Part shown: positions 51,257 through 62,300 of the stretch, one piece after another
Layout: each line of letters opens with the position of its first letter
Numbering within the stretch: position 1 is the first letter of the stretch
NCBI GenBank assembly: GCA_963827235.1
Contig: CAWHAE010000016.1
Location: forward strand, 864,001 to 928,000
Direction: 5' to 3'
DNA from: an uncultured bacterium
GTDB lineage: Bacteria; Chloroflexota; UBA5177; JANWHV01
Length of the DNA stretch: 64,000 nucleotides
Notes under the pieces: generated by a model
Database searches by the model: none
What the model saw: the letters and a program-made list of their open reading frames with translations, nothing else
Told to the model about the DNA's origin: nothing
Made by a program: the position numbers and the translations under genes

Positions 51257-52012
51257 ATGTCTCGCATCATCTCGGTTCACAGCTACCGCGGTGGTACCGG
51301 GAAATCGAATACGTCGGCGAATCTCGCGGCGCTGATGGCCGTTGGCGGTCAGCGCGTCGGCATCATCGACACGGACATCATGTCGCCCGGGATTCACGTG
51401 CTGTTCGGCATGTCGCAGGATCCACCGGGACCAGTGCTCAACGACTACCTCTGGGGCAAGTGCGAGATCAAGGACGCCGCGTATGACGTGACAGCCTCGG
51501 TAGCGCCGAACCTGGACGGCAAGGTGTTCCTGGTACCCGCCAGTGTGCAGGCCAACAATATCGCTCGTATCCTGCGTGAGGGTTATGACGTCGGCCTGCT
51601 GAATGATGGATTCAACGCACTTGTCCGCGATCTGAAGCTGGACACGTTGATCATCGATACTCATCCGGGGCTGAACGAAGAAACACTGCTGTCCATTGCC
51701 ATCTCCGATGTGCTGCTGATCGTGCTGCGACCTGACCTGCAAGACTACCAGGGCACCGGTGTGACAGTGCAGGTAGCGCGAAAGCTGAGCGTCCCGCTAT
51801 TGTTGCTCGTGGTGAACAAGTGCCCCCTCAGCCTGGACGTCGACGCGGTACGGACCCGCGTGCAGGAGGCCTACAACAGCGAGGTGGCGGCGGTGTTCCC
51901 GCACTCAGACGAGATCATGACCCTCGCGAGCGGCGGCGTGTTTACGGTGAAGTACCCGGATCTGCCGGTTACGAAGACGTTCAAGCAGCTCGTGGGCCGC
52001 ATCCTTCAGTGA
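51257..52012 (+). CDS. MinD/ParA-family ATPase, atypical
   Basis: HSYRGGTGKSN deviant Walker A, IIDTDI switch I and IIDTHPG switch II. Confidence 0.88.
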   Translation: MSRIISVHSYRGGTGKSNTSANLAALMAVGGQRVGIIDTDIMSPGIHVLFGMSQDPPGPVLNDYLWGKCEIKDAAYDVTASVAPNLDGKVFLVPASVQANNIARILREGYDVGLLNDGFNALVRDLKLDTLIIDTHPGLNEETLLSIAISDVLLIVLRPDLQDYQGTGVTVQVARKLSVPLLLLVVNKCPLSLDVDAVRTRVQEAYNSEVAAVFPHSDEIMTLASGGVFTVKYPDLPVTKTFKQLVGRILQ

Positions 52013-52078
52013 CCGCCGGTGACTGTCGCCTCCCAGCATGCACACGCGTCTCGCGGTCCGGGCTGAGGGATTCCCAGC

Positions 52079-52438
52079 ATGAGTAGGGCCGAGATCCGGG
52101 CCTGGCTTGATCGAAATCGAGATCATCCGCGAGCCGAGGGTATATCGGCGGTCGATTTACTGGATCTTCCGCCGGTACTCAACCAGGTCGTGCGTGTGCT
52201 GCTCACACACGAGGCCCTGACGCAAGTGCAGATAGCAGCGGCGCTGGTCGCCTTGCCTGACACACTCTGGCGCCAGGACAGGAACCTCGCGTTCGCGCTC
52301 GATGGCCTCGTGGAGCAGCAGTGGCTGCGCCGTGTTGCCGGCAACTCCCCAGTGCAAGATCCGGTCTATCGGGTCAATCTGCGGACGCAAACGCGCACCA
52401 CGGTTGTGAGCAGCGGATGGGAGTGCAGCGATTTCTAG
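52079..52438 (+). CDS. Small hypothetical protein, possible winged helix
   Basis: DLLDLP...VVRVLL, LT..QIAAAL, LDGLVEQQWL and YRVNL fit a wHTH-like pattern. Lies directly after the MinD-like gene. Confidence 0.55.
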   Translation: MSRAEIRAWLDRNRDHPRAEGISAVDLLDLPPVLNQVVRVLLTHEALTQVQIAAALVALPDTLWRQDRNLAFALDGLVEQQWLRRVAGNSPVQDPVYRVNLRTQTRTTVVSSGWECSDF

Positions 52439-52466
52439 ATCAGTGGGGCTGCAGAGGAGCGCAAAT

Positions 52467-53531
52467 ATGCAACGTGCCTTTTTGAGCGTCCTTAGCCGGG
52501 CTGCACGACTACCGGCGTCAGCCACGTGGCTGGCTCGGCCGGTGATAGCCAGGGTCAGCCTTTGGATCCAAATGCTGGCTATATTCCTGCTGCTCTTTGC
52601 CGTGGCCTTTGGAGGGATGGCCTACCTGTTCTACACCAACTCGACCGATCAGGCCATGACTGTGCTGCGCAACGACTTGAGCGGCAGCGCTACCGATCTC
52701 GCCAAGCACCTGAACGCTTCGGACTTGACGACGATACAGACTACCAGGCGGATGACCGGCGACTACACGGCCGTGCAGGCACAGCTCCTGTACTTGAAGG
52801 ATTCCGATCCCAAGATCTACGGCGCCTACGTCTTCACGCGCAATCCTGCCAATCCGCGCACGATGCTCTGGGTGGTCACTTCCAACCTGCATCCAACAAA
52901 GAGATGCCGTCCGGTTCCCGGTTGCAGCTACGATCCCAAAACGCACCTGGGGGAAATGTCCGCGGCGTTTGAGCATCCTACTACCAGTCCCGGTATCTAC
53001 AGCGACGTATATGGCTCGTGGCTATCGGGATATGCCCCGATCCGCGACGCCAAAGGCACCGCGGTGGCTATTGCCGAGGTTGACATGACCGCGCAGTCGG
53101 TCATCGACGTGCAGAATGCCATCAAAGCCGCCAGCTTGCGGGTATTCATCATTGTCTTGGTCTGCTTGCTGGCCATTATCCCGTTCATGGCTGCAATTAT
53201 CACGAACCCACTCAAGATGGTGACCGCGGCGGCTCGCGCGCTCGAGCTTGGCACGTCTCCCAACCGGGCTGAGCTCCAGCGGGCAACTCAAGGCCACGAC
53301 GAGGTGAGCCAGCTGGCACGGGTGTTCAGCCGCATGGCCGACGAGGTACAGGCCCGCGAACAGAGGCTGAAACGCCAGGTAGAGGAGCTGAAGATTGAAA
53401 TCGACCTGACCAAGCAGCAAAGCGAGGTGGCCGAGATCACCGAGACGGACTTCTTCCGACAGCTCCAGCAGAAGGCGCAACGCATGCGCGCGCGCACCAC
53501 GGGATCGGTACAGGTAGCACCGGCCACGTAA
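52467..53531 (+). CDS. Membrane sensor: TM, Cache-like domain, TM, HAMP and conserved tail, with no catalytic output domain
   Basis: GAGGAG RBS. YSDVYGSWLSGYAPIRD...VDM Cache motif. HAMP (NPL..V...DEVSQLARVF..M). Tail IEID...EI.ETDFF..LQ. Confidence 0.85.
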   Translation: MQRAFLSVLSRAARLPASATWLARPVIARVSLWIQMLAIFLLLFAVAFGGMAYLFYTNSTDQAMTVLRNDLSGSATDLAKHLNASDLTTIQTTRRMTGDYTAVQAQLLYLKDSDPKIYGAYVFTRNPANPRTMLWVVTSNLHPTKRCRPVPGCSYDPKTHLGEMSAAFEHPTTSPGIYSDVYGSWLSGYAPIRDAKGTAVAIAEVDMTAQSVIDVQNAIKAASLRVFIIVLVCLLAIIPFMAAIITNPLKMVTAAARALELGTSPNRAELQRATQGHDEVSQLARVFSRMADEVQAREQRLKRQVEELKIEIDLTKQQSEVAEITETDFFRQLQQKAQRMRARTTGSVQVAPAT

Positions 53532-53594
53532 GCGTGGCGCGTCAGTTCGACAGCGTGCCGGGACATAAATCGCTAGACAGGAAGCACGAGAACC

Positions 53595-54122
53595 ATGTAT
53601 GAAGCGACTCTGACCGCGGAGATCGGCGAGGGCCGCGCGGTTCGCCGCCGTCTCGCTCTGCGAGAGGCAACACCTGATGACCGAGAGCGGCTGATGGACT
53701 TCATCGGCCGCTCAGGCCTGGAGGCAGCAGGAGCCCTCGAGCCGGGTACCCGATTCTGGGTAGGGGAGAACGCCGGCGGCCGGATCGTCGCGAGCACCGG
53801 CATGGAGTACGGAGCAGCAGCAGTGCTCTTGCGCAGCACCGCCGTGGACTCCGCATACAGGCATCGCGGCCTGGCCCTGGCGCTCTACGAATTTCGCTTT
53901 GCCGTGGCTCTGGCAGAGGGCTACGACGTCGCCTATGCGTTCTGCGATACGCCGGCCTTCATGCTGCGCACGGGCTGGCGTGCCGTGCCGGTCACGGAAC
54001 TGGTAGAGGCGCTGCCGGCCAGCTATCAGGTCGCGCATTTCGCGCGCCTCGGCTGGCTGCCTACGGAGCACGCCTTCCGCAAAGACCTGAGAACAAGCCT
54101 GATAACGAGGGGAGACGATTAA
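53595..54122 (+). CDS. GNAT-family N-acetyltransferase
   Basis: LLRSTAVDSAYRHRGLA acetyl-CoA binding motif. Confidence 0.8.
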   Translation: MYEATLTAEIGEGRAVRRRLALREATPDDRERLMDFIGRSGLEAAGALEPGTRFWVGENAGGRIVASTGMEYGAAAVLLRSTAVDSAYRHRGLALALYEFRFAVALAEGYDVAYAFCDTPAFMLRTGWRAVPVTELVEALPASYQVAHFARLGWLPTEHAFRKDLRTSLITRGDD

Positions 54123-54233
54123 CCGCGCTGGACAGAACCACCGCTCCTGGTAGCAGGCCGGACGCTGCCGGCCCATGTGATGCGTGGCATCACCTATGCA
54201 AGTGAAGATGCTGGTCAATGAAAGGGCAGATGG

Positions 54234-55055
54234 ATGAAACGAATCCTGATCACGCTATCGGAGTTCGGGTACTGGGGTGAGGAGCTGGTGGGTCCCCTGG
54301 AGGTGCTGGACAAGGCTGGGTATGAGACGGTCTTCATGACGCCGAGAGGCCGGCGAGCTCACGCGCTCCCACCCAGCATGACGCCCGGCTACCTTGATCC
54401 GCCGCTGGATAAAGTTGTAACGGACGAGCACTTCGCTGGGGCAACACGGGACATCGACGCATCGTCTCGGCTGGACAACCCTGTCAACCTCTCGTCGTGG
54501 TTTCCTGAGCGCCCGTACTTCAACGCGCCGGGCTTCGGGCATGGTCTGGAGGCGTACTACGCCGAACGCGACAGGCGCTGGCAGGAGCTCGAACAATATG
54601 ACGCGCTATTGTTGGTCGGCGGTAGCGGGCCGATTGTCGACATGGTGAACAATCAGCGGCTTCACGACGTGATCCTGGGCTTTCTCGCCGCGGGCAAATT
54701 GATCGCTGCCGAGTGCTACGGCGTTGCCTGCCTTGCATTCGCCCGAGACTGGACGGATCGCCAGAGCATTATCTGGGGCAAGCACGTAACGGGCCATGCC
54801 CTGGAGTACGACTACAAGGACGGCACCGGATTCCTCAATGCGGATATCAACATGGGGCCACCCCCGTATCCGCTCGAGCTCATTCTGCGTGATGCCACCG
54901 GGCCCGACGGCCGGTACCACGGCGGAGTCGGACACACCCTATCGACCATTCTCGATTATCCCTTCCTGACCGGCCGGTCTACTCAGGATTCGCATCTGGT
55001 GGGCGAACTGACAGTACAGGTACTGGAGAAGGGACTCCGCCGGTATGGCTGGTAA
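54234..55055 (+). CDS. DJ-1/PfpI (GATase1) family protein, long Hsp31-like form
   Basis: GYWGEEL, YDALLLVGGSG and nucleophile elbow AAECYG. Confidence 0.8.
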   Translation: MKRILITLSEFGYWGEELVGPLEVLDKAGYETVFMTPRGRRAHALPPSMTPGYLDPPLDKVVTDEHFAGATRDIDASSRLDNPVNLSSWFPERPYFNAPGFGHGLEAYYAERDRRWQELEQYDALLLVGGSGPIVDMVNNQRLHDVILGFLAAGKLIAAECYGVACLAFARDWTDRQSIIWGKHVTGHALEYDYKDGTGFLNADINMGPPPYPLELILRDATGPDGRYHGGVGHTLSTILDYPFLTGRSTQDSHLVGELTVQVLEKGLRRYGW

Positions 55056-55110
55056 GGCCGAGCTCCGGACGATGATCCTGCTGCGCTTGTAGAGAGGCAA
55101 AGAGAACCCG

Positions 55111-56814
55111 ATGCAGGAAAACGGTCATCACGCCATCCTGAGGCAATTCCTTGCCGATGGGTTGAACATCATGTTTGGCAACCCCGGTACCGTCGAGCAG
55201 GGATTCCTCGATGCGCTCAGCGATGTTCCCGAGTTACGCTACATCCTGACGTTGCAGGAGAGTGTGGCCGTGCTCATGGCCGACGGCTACGCACGCGCCA
55301 CGCACCGGCCGGCGCTGGTTCAGATTCACAGTTCGCCCGGTCTGGGCAACGCCATTGGCGCGCTGTATCAGGCGTATCGTGGGCACTCCCCATTGGTGGT
55401 CATCGGCGGTGACGCGGGCATCAAGTATCAGCCGATGGACTCGCAGATGGCGGCGGATCTCGTCGGCATGGCCAAGCCGGTTACCAAGTGGGCGACGACG
55501 GTGCAGGACCCGCAGTCGCTTCTCCGGGTAGTGCGGCGGGCAATCAAGATCGCCGCGACGCCACCTATGGGCCCGGTCTACGTGTGCCTGCCACAGGACG
55601 TGCTGGACGCACCTGCAACCGAGGACGTCTTCAAGACAAGCATCCCGGAGATGCGCGTCTCTCCAGCGCCCAGCCTTCTCCACGCGCCCGCGGCGGCATT
55701 GGCGGGGGCGTCGTGCCCAATGTTCTATGTCGGCGACGGGATTGCATTTGCCGACGCCCAGGACGAGCTCACCCGGCTCGCCGAGCTTGTCGGTGCTCAG
55801 GTCTATGAAGCCGACGCAGGCGAAGTCAACATGAGCCGCAGCCATCCTCTGTTTCAGGGATCGACAGGCCACATGTTCGGCTATCAGAGTCTGCCGACGA
55901 CACGGAAGGGTGACGTCAATCTCATCTGCGGCACCTACGTGCTCCCGGAGGTGTTTCCGGAGCTCGGAGACATTTTCGCCGCCGGGTCCGTGGCCATTCA
56001 CATCGACCTGAACGCCTACGAGATAGCAAAGAATCAGCGGGTGGATTTTGGCTTCGTCAGTGATCCAAAGCCTACCCTTGCCGCCCTCGCCGAGGCGGTC
56101 GACACCGCGATGACTCCGCAGCAGAGAGCGGACGCACGGGAGCGAGCAGAGCGGATCGGTGCAGAGAGCGCGGAGGGCGCGACGAAACGGCTCGAGGAGG
56201 ACAAGTCCCGGCGAGATACCGTGCCGCTCCACATGGCCCGCTTTGCCGAGGAGCTCAAGAAGGCGATTCCGGGGGACGTGGTCATCTTCGACGAGGCATT
56301 GACCAATAGCCCGCCGATTGGTCGCTACTTCCAGGCAAAGCGAACCGGCGACTACTTCCTCACTCGCGGAGGCTCCCTGGGCGTCGGGTTTCCAGGTGCC
56401 ATTGGAGTGAAGCTGGCTCATCCCGAGAAACTGGTGATTGGATTCAGCGGTGACGGCGGCGCGATGTATACGATCCAGGCGCTATGGTCGGCGGCCCGCC
56501 ATAATGTCGGCGTGAAACTCGTCGTGTGCAACAATCGCTCATACCGGCTGCTGCAGTCGAACGTGCTGGCCTACTGGACGGAGAGGAGCATTGAACCGCA
56601 TGCCTATCCGCTCAGTTTCGATCTCTCTCAGCCAGTGCTTCGATTCGACGAGCTTGCGCGATCCATGGGGGCCGGAGGCGAGCGGGTCGAGCGACTGGAG
56701 GACATTGCTCCGGCAATCGCCCGGATGGTGGCACACTCGGGCCCGTATCTCATCGACCTGATTCTCGAAGGGGACACGCATCCGGAGTTGATAGGCGTGA
56801 AGTGCGGCCAGTGA
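55111..56814 (+). CDS. ThDP-dependent enzyme, benzoylformate decarboxylase-like
   Basis: FGNPGTVE, LQESVAV.MADGYA, QIHSSPGLGN and the ThDP motif GDGG...NN. Confidence 0.9.
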   Translation: MQENGHHAILRQFLADGLNIMFGNPGTVEQGFLDALSDVPELRYILTLQESVAVLMADGYARATHRPALVQIHSSPGLGNAIGALYQAYRGHSPLVVIGGDAGIKYQPMDSQMAADLVGMAKPVTKWATTVQDPQSLLRVVRRAIKIAATPPMGPVYVCLPQDVLDAPATEDVFKTSIPEMRVSPAPSLLHAPAAALAGASCPMFYVGDGIAFADAQDELTRLAELVGAQVYEADAGEVNMSRSHPLFQGSTGHMFGYQSLPTTRKGDVNLICGTYVLPEVFPELGDIFAAGSVAIHIDLNAYEIAKNQRVDFGFVSDPKPTLAALAEAVDTAMTPQQRADARERAERIGAESAEGATKRLEEDKSRRDTVPLHMARFAEELKKAIPGDVVIFDEALTNSPPIGRYFQAKRTGDYFLTRGGSLGVGFPGAIGVKLAHPEKLVIGFSGDGGAMYTIQALWSAARHNVGVKLVVCNNRSYRLLQSNVLAYWTERSIEPHAYPLSFDLSQPVLRFDELARSMGAGGERVERLEDIAPAIARMVAHSGPYLIDLILEGDTHPELIGVKCGQ

Positions 56815-56838
56815 GCATTGCATGCAGAAAGGTCCAGC

Positions 56839-57408
56839 ATGAAACTCGCGGGTGCGAAGATCGGCGTGCTCATAGAGAGCGATTTCTATGAGAATGAGAT
56901 TCTCTATTACCAGCATCGGTTTCCAGAGGAGGGGATGGATCTCCATTTCCTCACCCGCCTGTGGGGGCAGCCATCCCTGACGTTCCATGGCCACGAGTAT
57001 AAGGTGCCATTTGAATGCCATGAGAGTTTCGAAGATATCGACGACGAGATGCTTCGCACCTACTCGGCAATCATCGTGCCCTCGGCGATTGTCGCCGACC
57101 GTCTTCGCTATACCGAGGACGTGACCAAGCTGCCACCGGCCACTGAGTTTCTCAAGCGGGCCTTCGCGCAAAAGAACATCATCAAAGGCATCATCTGCCA
57201 CGGGATGTGGCTGGTGTCGCCTGCGCCCGAGCTCGTGCGCGGCCGACCGGTCGTCGTCCACAACAACCTGATCGGCGATGCCCGGAATATGGGCGCTATC
57301 TACACCGACAAAGACGTCGTGGTAGACGGCGACCTGGTTACGGCCCGGACGGGCGGACACTGCCATCTCCTCGCCCGGACCATCATCGACATGCTCGCCG
57401 CCCGATAG
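56839..57408 (+). CDS. DJ-1/PfpI family protein
   Basis: FYENE, IICHG and DVVVDGDLVTAR. Confidence 0.85.
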   Translation: MKLAGAKIGVLIESDFYENEILYYQHRFPEEGMDLHFLTRLWGQPSLTFHGHEYKVPFECHESFEDIDDEMLRTYSAIIVPSAIVADRLRYTEDVTKLPPATEFLKRAFAQKNIIKGIICHGMWLVSPAPELVRGRPVVVHNNLIGDARNMGAIYTDKDVVVDGDLVTARTGGHCHLLARTIIDMLAAR

Positions 57409-57551
57409 CTGCCAACTGGATACGGATCATGGCGGAAACAGCATGGATGACAAACTCCGATCTGTTTGGGTCGACGTGCACCCACGTACGCGGCAACCGT
57501 GCGCAGGTCATGCAGCGGCGGCCTCTGCAGGCCGCGACGAGGAGGTAGGTT

Positions 57552-57968
57552 ATGGCGTTTCTGCGATTTTCCCACGTCGCTCTGTCGTGCCGGGATCCCC
57601 TGGCGGTCGAGCGATTCTACACGAAGCACTTCGGCTTCGCGCGAGCTCGAGTAATCGGCGACGACGTCGTGTTCATCAAGTCGCAAAATGCCTATCTCGA
57701 GCTTTTCAAGGCTGAAGGGGAACCGCCGGGCCCGGCGGCTGGGGGTGACGGGCCGCACTACCGAGGCTGGCGCCACATCGCATTTCAGGTCGACGACGTC
57801 GGTGCCAAGCTGGCGGCGATGGGCGACGACGCCCGCGTCACGCTGGGTCCGCTCGACTTCGGAGAAGTAATTCCGGGCTGGCGAACGGCTTGGGTTGCAG
57901 ACCCCGAGGGAAACATCGTGGAGATCAGCCAGGGGTACGTAGATCAGGAGAATCCGCCCACCCCTTAA
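57552..57968 (+). CDS. VOC/glyoxalase family protein
   Basis: AGGAGG RBS. Metal ligands in HVAL, LELF, HIAF and DPEGNIVEI. Confidence 0.9.
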   Translation: MAFLRFSHVALSCRDPLAVERFYTKHFGFARARVIGDDVVFIKSQNAYLELFKAEGEPPGPAAGGDGPHYRGWRHIAFQVDDVGAKLAAMGDDARVTLGPLDFGEVIPGWRTAWVADPEGNIVEISQGYVDQENPPTP

Positions 57969-58008
57969 GCAGTGGCTCCACAGGAGAGAAAAGAAGGAGA
58001 AGAGCAAG

Positions 58009-58455
58009 ATGGCCGAACCAATCACACTCGATCAGATCAAGCGATTCGTAGCGGCGTGGTACCTGGCCCTCGACCAGCACGATCCTTTTGAGGGCATTTA
58101 CACCTTGCTGGCCGACGGCAACGTCAACGTCAAGTTCCCGGATGGCGACATTCACGACAAAGCCAGCTTCAAGAAGTGGTACGACCGAGTCACGAACCTG
58201 TTCTTCGACGAAAGCCACGTCGTCCAGAGCGTGGAAGCGGAGATCAAAGGCGATCAGGCCGACTGCCGGATCGTTGTGGGCTGGCAGGCAAGCTGGTGGG
58301 AGCCACCGGCGGCAAAGAGCAAACGCGTCTCCATGGACGCGACGCAGACCTGGACCGTGCGCCGGTCCACCAAGAACCCACACGGGCTGGAAGTTATCAC
58401 CTACAACGCGACCGCCGAGCCGTTCAAGTACGCGCCGGGGTTTGCACGCCTGTAG
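58009..58455 (+). CDS. NTF2/SnoaL-like protein
   Basis: AAGGAG RBS. FVAAWY..LD, FPDG, F..WY and ESH fit an NTF2-like pattern. Confidence 0.75.
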   Translation: MAEPITLDQIKRFVAAWYLALDQHDPFEGIYTLLADGNVNVKFPDGDIHDKASFKKWYDRVTNLFFDESHVVQSVEAEIKGDQADCRIVVGWQASWWEPPAAKSKRVSMDATQTWTVRRSTKNPHGLEVITYNATAEPFKYAPGFARL

Positions 58456-58562
58456 GTAGACTCATGTGTGGGCCGTCCTGATTTGGGGGAAGTGTACACC
58501 GCTTCCCCTACAGGGAACATCACGATCGGGCTGCGGACTGCATACATGCCGCGAAAGCTGGA

Positions 58563-59288
58563 ATGACTGACGACATCGAGCACGCCCGCGACGTCGCACC
58601 GGCGTCCCATTCAACGCGCGGTCCGCGGCAAAGGGTCGTCGGCCTCGATTCCAATCGCGTGGAAGCGTTCAGCGACGGCGTTTTCGCCATTGCGCTCACC
58701 CTCTTGATTTTCAATATCAAGATTCCTCAAGTGCACACCGAGGCCGCTCTGCTGCGTGCACTCTCTGATCAGTGGCTTGCCTACATGAGCTATGCGCTCA
58801 GTGTGGTGGTGGTCGGCGTCTTCTGGGTAGCGCATCACGCGCTTTTTCACTATATCCGCCGTGTCGACCGTCCGCTGCTGTGGCTGAACATCCTGTTTGT
58901 CGGCACCGTGGCATTCATTCCATTCCCATCTGCGTTGCTGGGCCAGTACGGGCAGTATCGATCGGTAGTGGCTTTCTACGGGGCCACGCTCGCGATAGCC
59001 GGGATCGTGCTTGACGGCATGCGCGCTTACGCCTACAACGGGCGGCGGCTCGTGGACCCAACGCTCGGCGAGGATGTTTCGCGCGGCTACAGGAGGCGCG
59101 TGCGCATTGGGCCCACGGTCTACCTGGCGGGCATAGTTATCGCGTTTCTCCCCATCGGCCCCATCGCCAGCCGGATCAGCCTTGTACTCTACGTGCTGGT
59201 GCCGCTCCTCTATACGTTGCCGGGCCGCCCGGATCGTCACTGGACAAAGAGCCGGCACGAGCATGATCCTGGGGACCAGGCACAATAA
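58563..59288 (+). CDS. TMEM175 (DUF1211) family K+ channel
   Basis: RVEAFSDGVFAIALTLL signature, FWVAHH and FIPFP. Confidence 0.9.
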   Translation: MTDDIEHARDVAPASHSTRGPRQRVVGLDSNRVEAFSDGVFAIALTLLIFNIKIPQVHTEAALLRALSDQWLAYMSYALSVVVVGVFWVAHHALFHYIRRVDRPLLWLNILFVGTVAFIPFPSALLGQYGQYRSVVAFYGATLAIAGIVLDGMRAYAYNGRRLVDPTLGEDVSRGYRRRVRIGPTVYLAGIVIAFLPIGPIASRISLVLYVLVPLLYTLPGRPDRHWTKSRHEHDPGDQAQ

Positions 59289-59352
59289 CGAGTGAAGCCT
59301 ATCCCTGGGCGGTGGCTCGCGCCAAGGACTGTTTATTCCGCTTGAGAAAGCC

Positions 59353-62300
59353 ATGGGGACGACAATGCGCCTGCTTCGCCTTGGCCTGGTTGCTGTTCTG
59401 TCTGTGGTAATGAGCCTTCCCGTGACGGGACGACCGTCGTCTGTCTGGGCCTCGACGGCCAGGTCTGGCGCCACTGCAAAGGGCTCGGCTGAGCCGGCTC
59501 TTCGAATTGGCGTGCGGCCCGCCCAGATAAACATCGGCCGCGACGTGGCGCTCACGGTGCAAGTCACAGGCTCCTCAAACAGGGCCGTACCCGGCACGGT
59601 GATCTCTATCACCGGAGTCGGGCTGCCGATCGTTGGCACCGCACCACACGGCGTCATGACAGTTACCGTCCACGCCGTGACGCTCGGCAGCATGCTGGTG
59701 CAGGCCACAAGCCCCGGCTACGCTTCGTCGAAGCTGGTTGTGCCCGTGGTTGCCGGCCCGCCCGCGACAGTCGCCGCAGTCAGGGTCGGCATGAGCGTCT
59801 TGATACCGAATGCCCAGCCGGCTCCGGGAGCCGTCGGCACGAATCTCCTGGACCGGGACCAGGCAATCACCGGGAGCGGGCAGTTCGCGTCCCTTGCACT
59901 ACGCGACGGCTCGCTGGTCGACCTCAACAGCAACACCGACGTGACCGTCAAGGATCCACTTCATGTCAAACTATCGAGCGGTGAGCTGTTCCTCGAGGTC
60001 ATACATGGTGAAGTGAGCCATCAGATCCAGGCGGGCTCGGCTGTCGCGGCCACCAAGGGCACGCGCCTGGACGTGCGGCTGGATTCCAAGACGCACACAG
60101 CAGTGATTACGGTAATCGAAGGTGAAGTGCTGGTCACGAATAATGGGAAATCCGTGACCGTGGGCACCGGCGAACAGAGCGTAGTATCGGCAAGCACGGC
60201 GCCTCGGCAGCCTCAGGCCGTGAGCCTGGGCGGTGTGGTGTCCTGGGTGCAAAATGTGCCGAACACCGCTCCCACCACTGTTCCGCCTGTGCTGAATCTT
60301 CCCCATCCACCGCCGGTGCACCCCGTCCTGAAGCTGCCGCGAATTCTGCCTGTGCAGATCCCGCTGCCTCCACCCGCCCAGACCGTCACCATGACCGCGA
60401 CAAATCCCGCGCAGGCACTCTGGTCGGGAGTGGTGTACGTGCCCGCAAGCGTGACTGTCCCTTCCACGGCCACACTCACCATTGCACCCGGCACCGTGGT
60501 GCGCATGGAACGGGGCTCCTCCCTTGCAGTCGATGGAACGCTCCTTGCGGCCGGCAACGCGACGTCGCCAATCACCTTCACCAGTGCCGCTGCTCAGCCG
60601 CAGCCCGGCGACTGGGGCGGGATAAGTGTTGACGGCACGGCCGCCAGCCAGAGCGTGCTGACATACGTCCATGCCTTCTACGGCAGCCGCAGCGGGAGCG
60701 GCGAGGGCATGCTTACCGTCACGGGTGGCGCGAACGCGTCCATCAGTGACGCCGTGCTGGCGCAAGCGCCGGACGACGGGATCTGGGTCGACGATTCGAG
60801 TCGGCCTACCCTCAGCAACTGCAGCTTCGGATCCGACGCCGCATTCGCCATTTCTGTTTCGGCTGAAGGAGCTGGGCTCGTAACCGGCAGCAGGCTTGCC
60901 GGCGGTCAGAATGGGATCGAGATTCGCGACACAGTTGTGGACCACACTACCACATGGAAGCAGCAAGATGCCGCGTATACTCTGGATGGCGCCACGGTGA
61001 GCGCGGGTGCCAGGCTGACGATCGCACCTGGGACGGTGGTCCGCATGGCGCGTGGGGCGACACTTCATGTCGAGGGCACCCTGCTTGCCAAGAGCAGCTC
61101 CGACGCACCGATCGCCATCACCGGTCAAGCCGCGAATCCGACAGCCGGGTATTGGAACGGGATCGTGCTGGATGGCGCCGGCGCCAGCGACAGTGTGCTC
61201 GATAATGTCGAAGTCTACGCGGGCGGCTCGAGCGGCGGCAACGCGAGCATGCTGTCCGTGATAAACGGGTCGACGCCGACGATAGCAGGCAGCGTCTTTG
61301 CCCAGTCGCTCGGGGACGGGATCCTGGTAGATGACACGAGCCGCCCTACGATAAGCAACTGCGTGTTTTCGGCTGACATCGACTTTGCGATGTCTGTGCC
61401 TGCCGGCGATGCAGCCCTCGTTACAGGCACCAAGCTGGACGCCGGGCAGGACGGCATCGAGGTGCGCAACACATCCATCACACTCGACGGCACGTGGCAC
61501 AAACAGGACGCGCCCTTCGTGCTCGACGGCAGTACGCTGAGCGCCGGTGTCACACTGGTCATAGCCAAGGGGACGGTCATCCGCATGGGCGCTGGAGCAA
61601 CCTTCAGGGTGCTGGGCACGCTCGTAGCCCAGGGCACAACGGAGGCACCCATCATCATGACCAGCAACGCCGATGATCCGTCGCCGGGCGACTGGAATGC
61701 GATGGATTTCGCCGGCACAGGGACCAATCATTCCGTCCTGAACCACGTGTGGCTCTCCTATGGCGGCCGCGGCGCTGGTAGCGGGATGCTTTCCGCGCTG
61801 GACGGAGCATCGCCCTCGATCAGTAACAGCGTCCTCGCGCAAGCCCGATTCATCGGCATTTGGGCTGATGACCACAGCCGGCCCAAGATCAGCAATTGCG
61901 CGTTTGCAGCGGGCGGCGCCGCGGCCATCTCAGTTCCCGCAGACGACATGAGGTGGGTAACGAGCACATCAGTGGGACCCAATCAGGAAGGCATCGAAAT
62001 CAGGGACACGCCCATGCGGCACGACGCTACCTGGCACTTCCAGCACGCTCCCCTCATCTTGGACGGCGGCACGGTCGGTGCGAACGTGACGCTTTCGGTC
62101 GACCCCGGAGTCACGCTGCGGATGGCAAAGGGATCGACCTTCCGCGTAGATGGTGTATTGCGGGCTATTGGGAGCGCCAATGCCCCGATCGTAGTGACCA
62201 GCAACAGCGCGCAGCCCGCCGCGGGCAACTGGAATAGCATCGTCCTGGACGGCGCCACTGCCGGGAAGTCCATTCTCAGTCATGTCCAGTTCTCGTTTGG

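Noticed and set aside
51257-52012. Calling the ATPase a cell-division minD
   Set aside because: No minC/minE, no membrane-targeting tail, and an altered Walker A.
59971-61875. 634-aa ORF on the minus strand (also 55234-56421, 45186-46232 and 26560-27636)
   Set aside because: These are antisense shadows of well-supported genes, expected in high-GC DNA, with no motifs.
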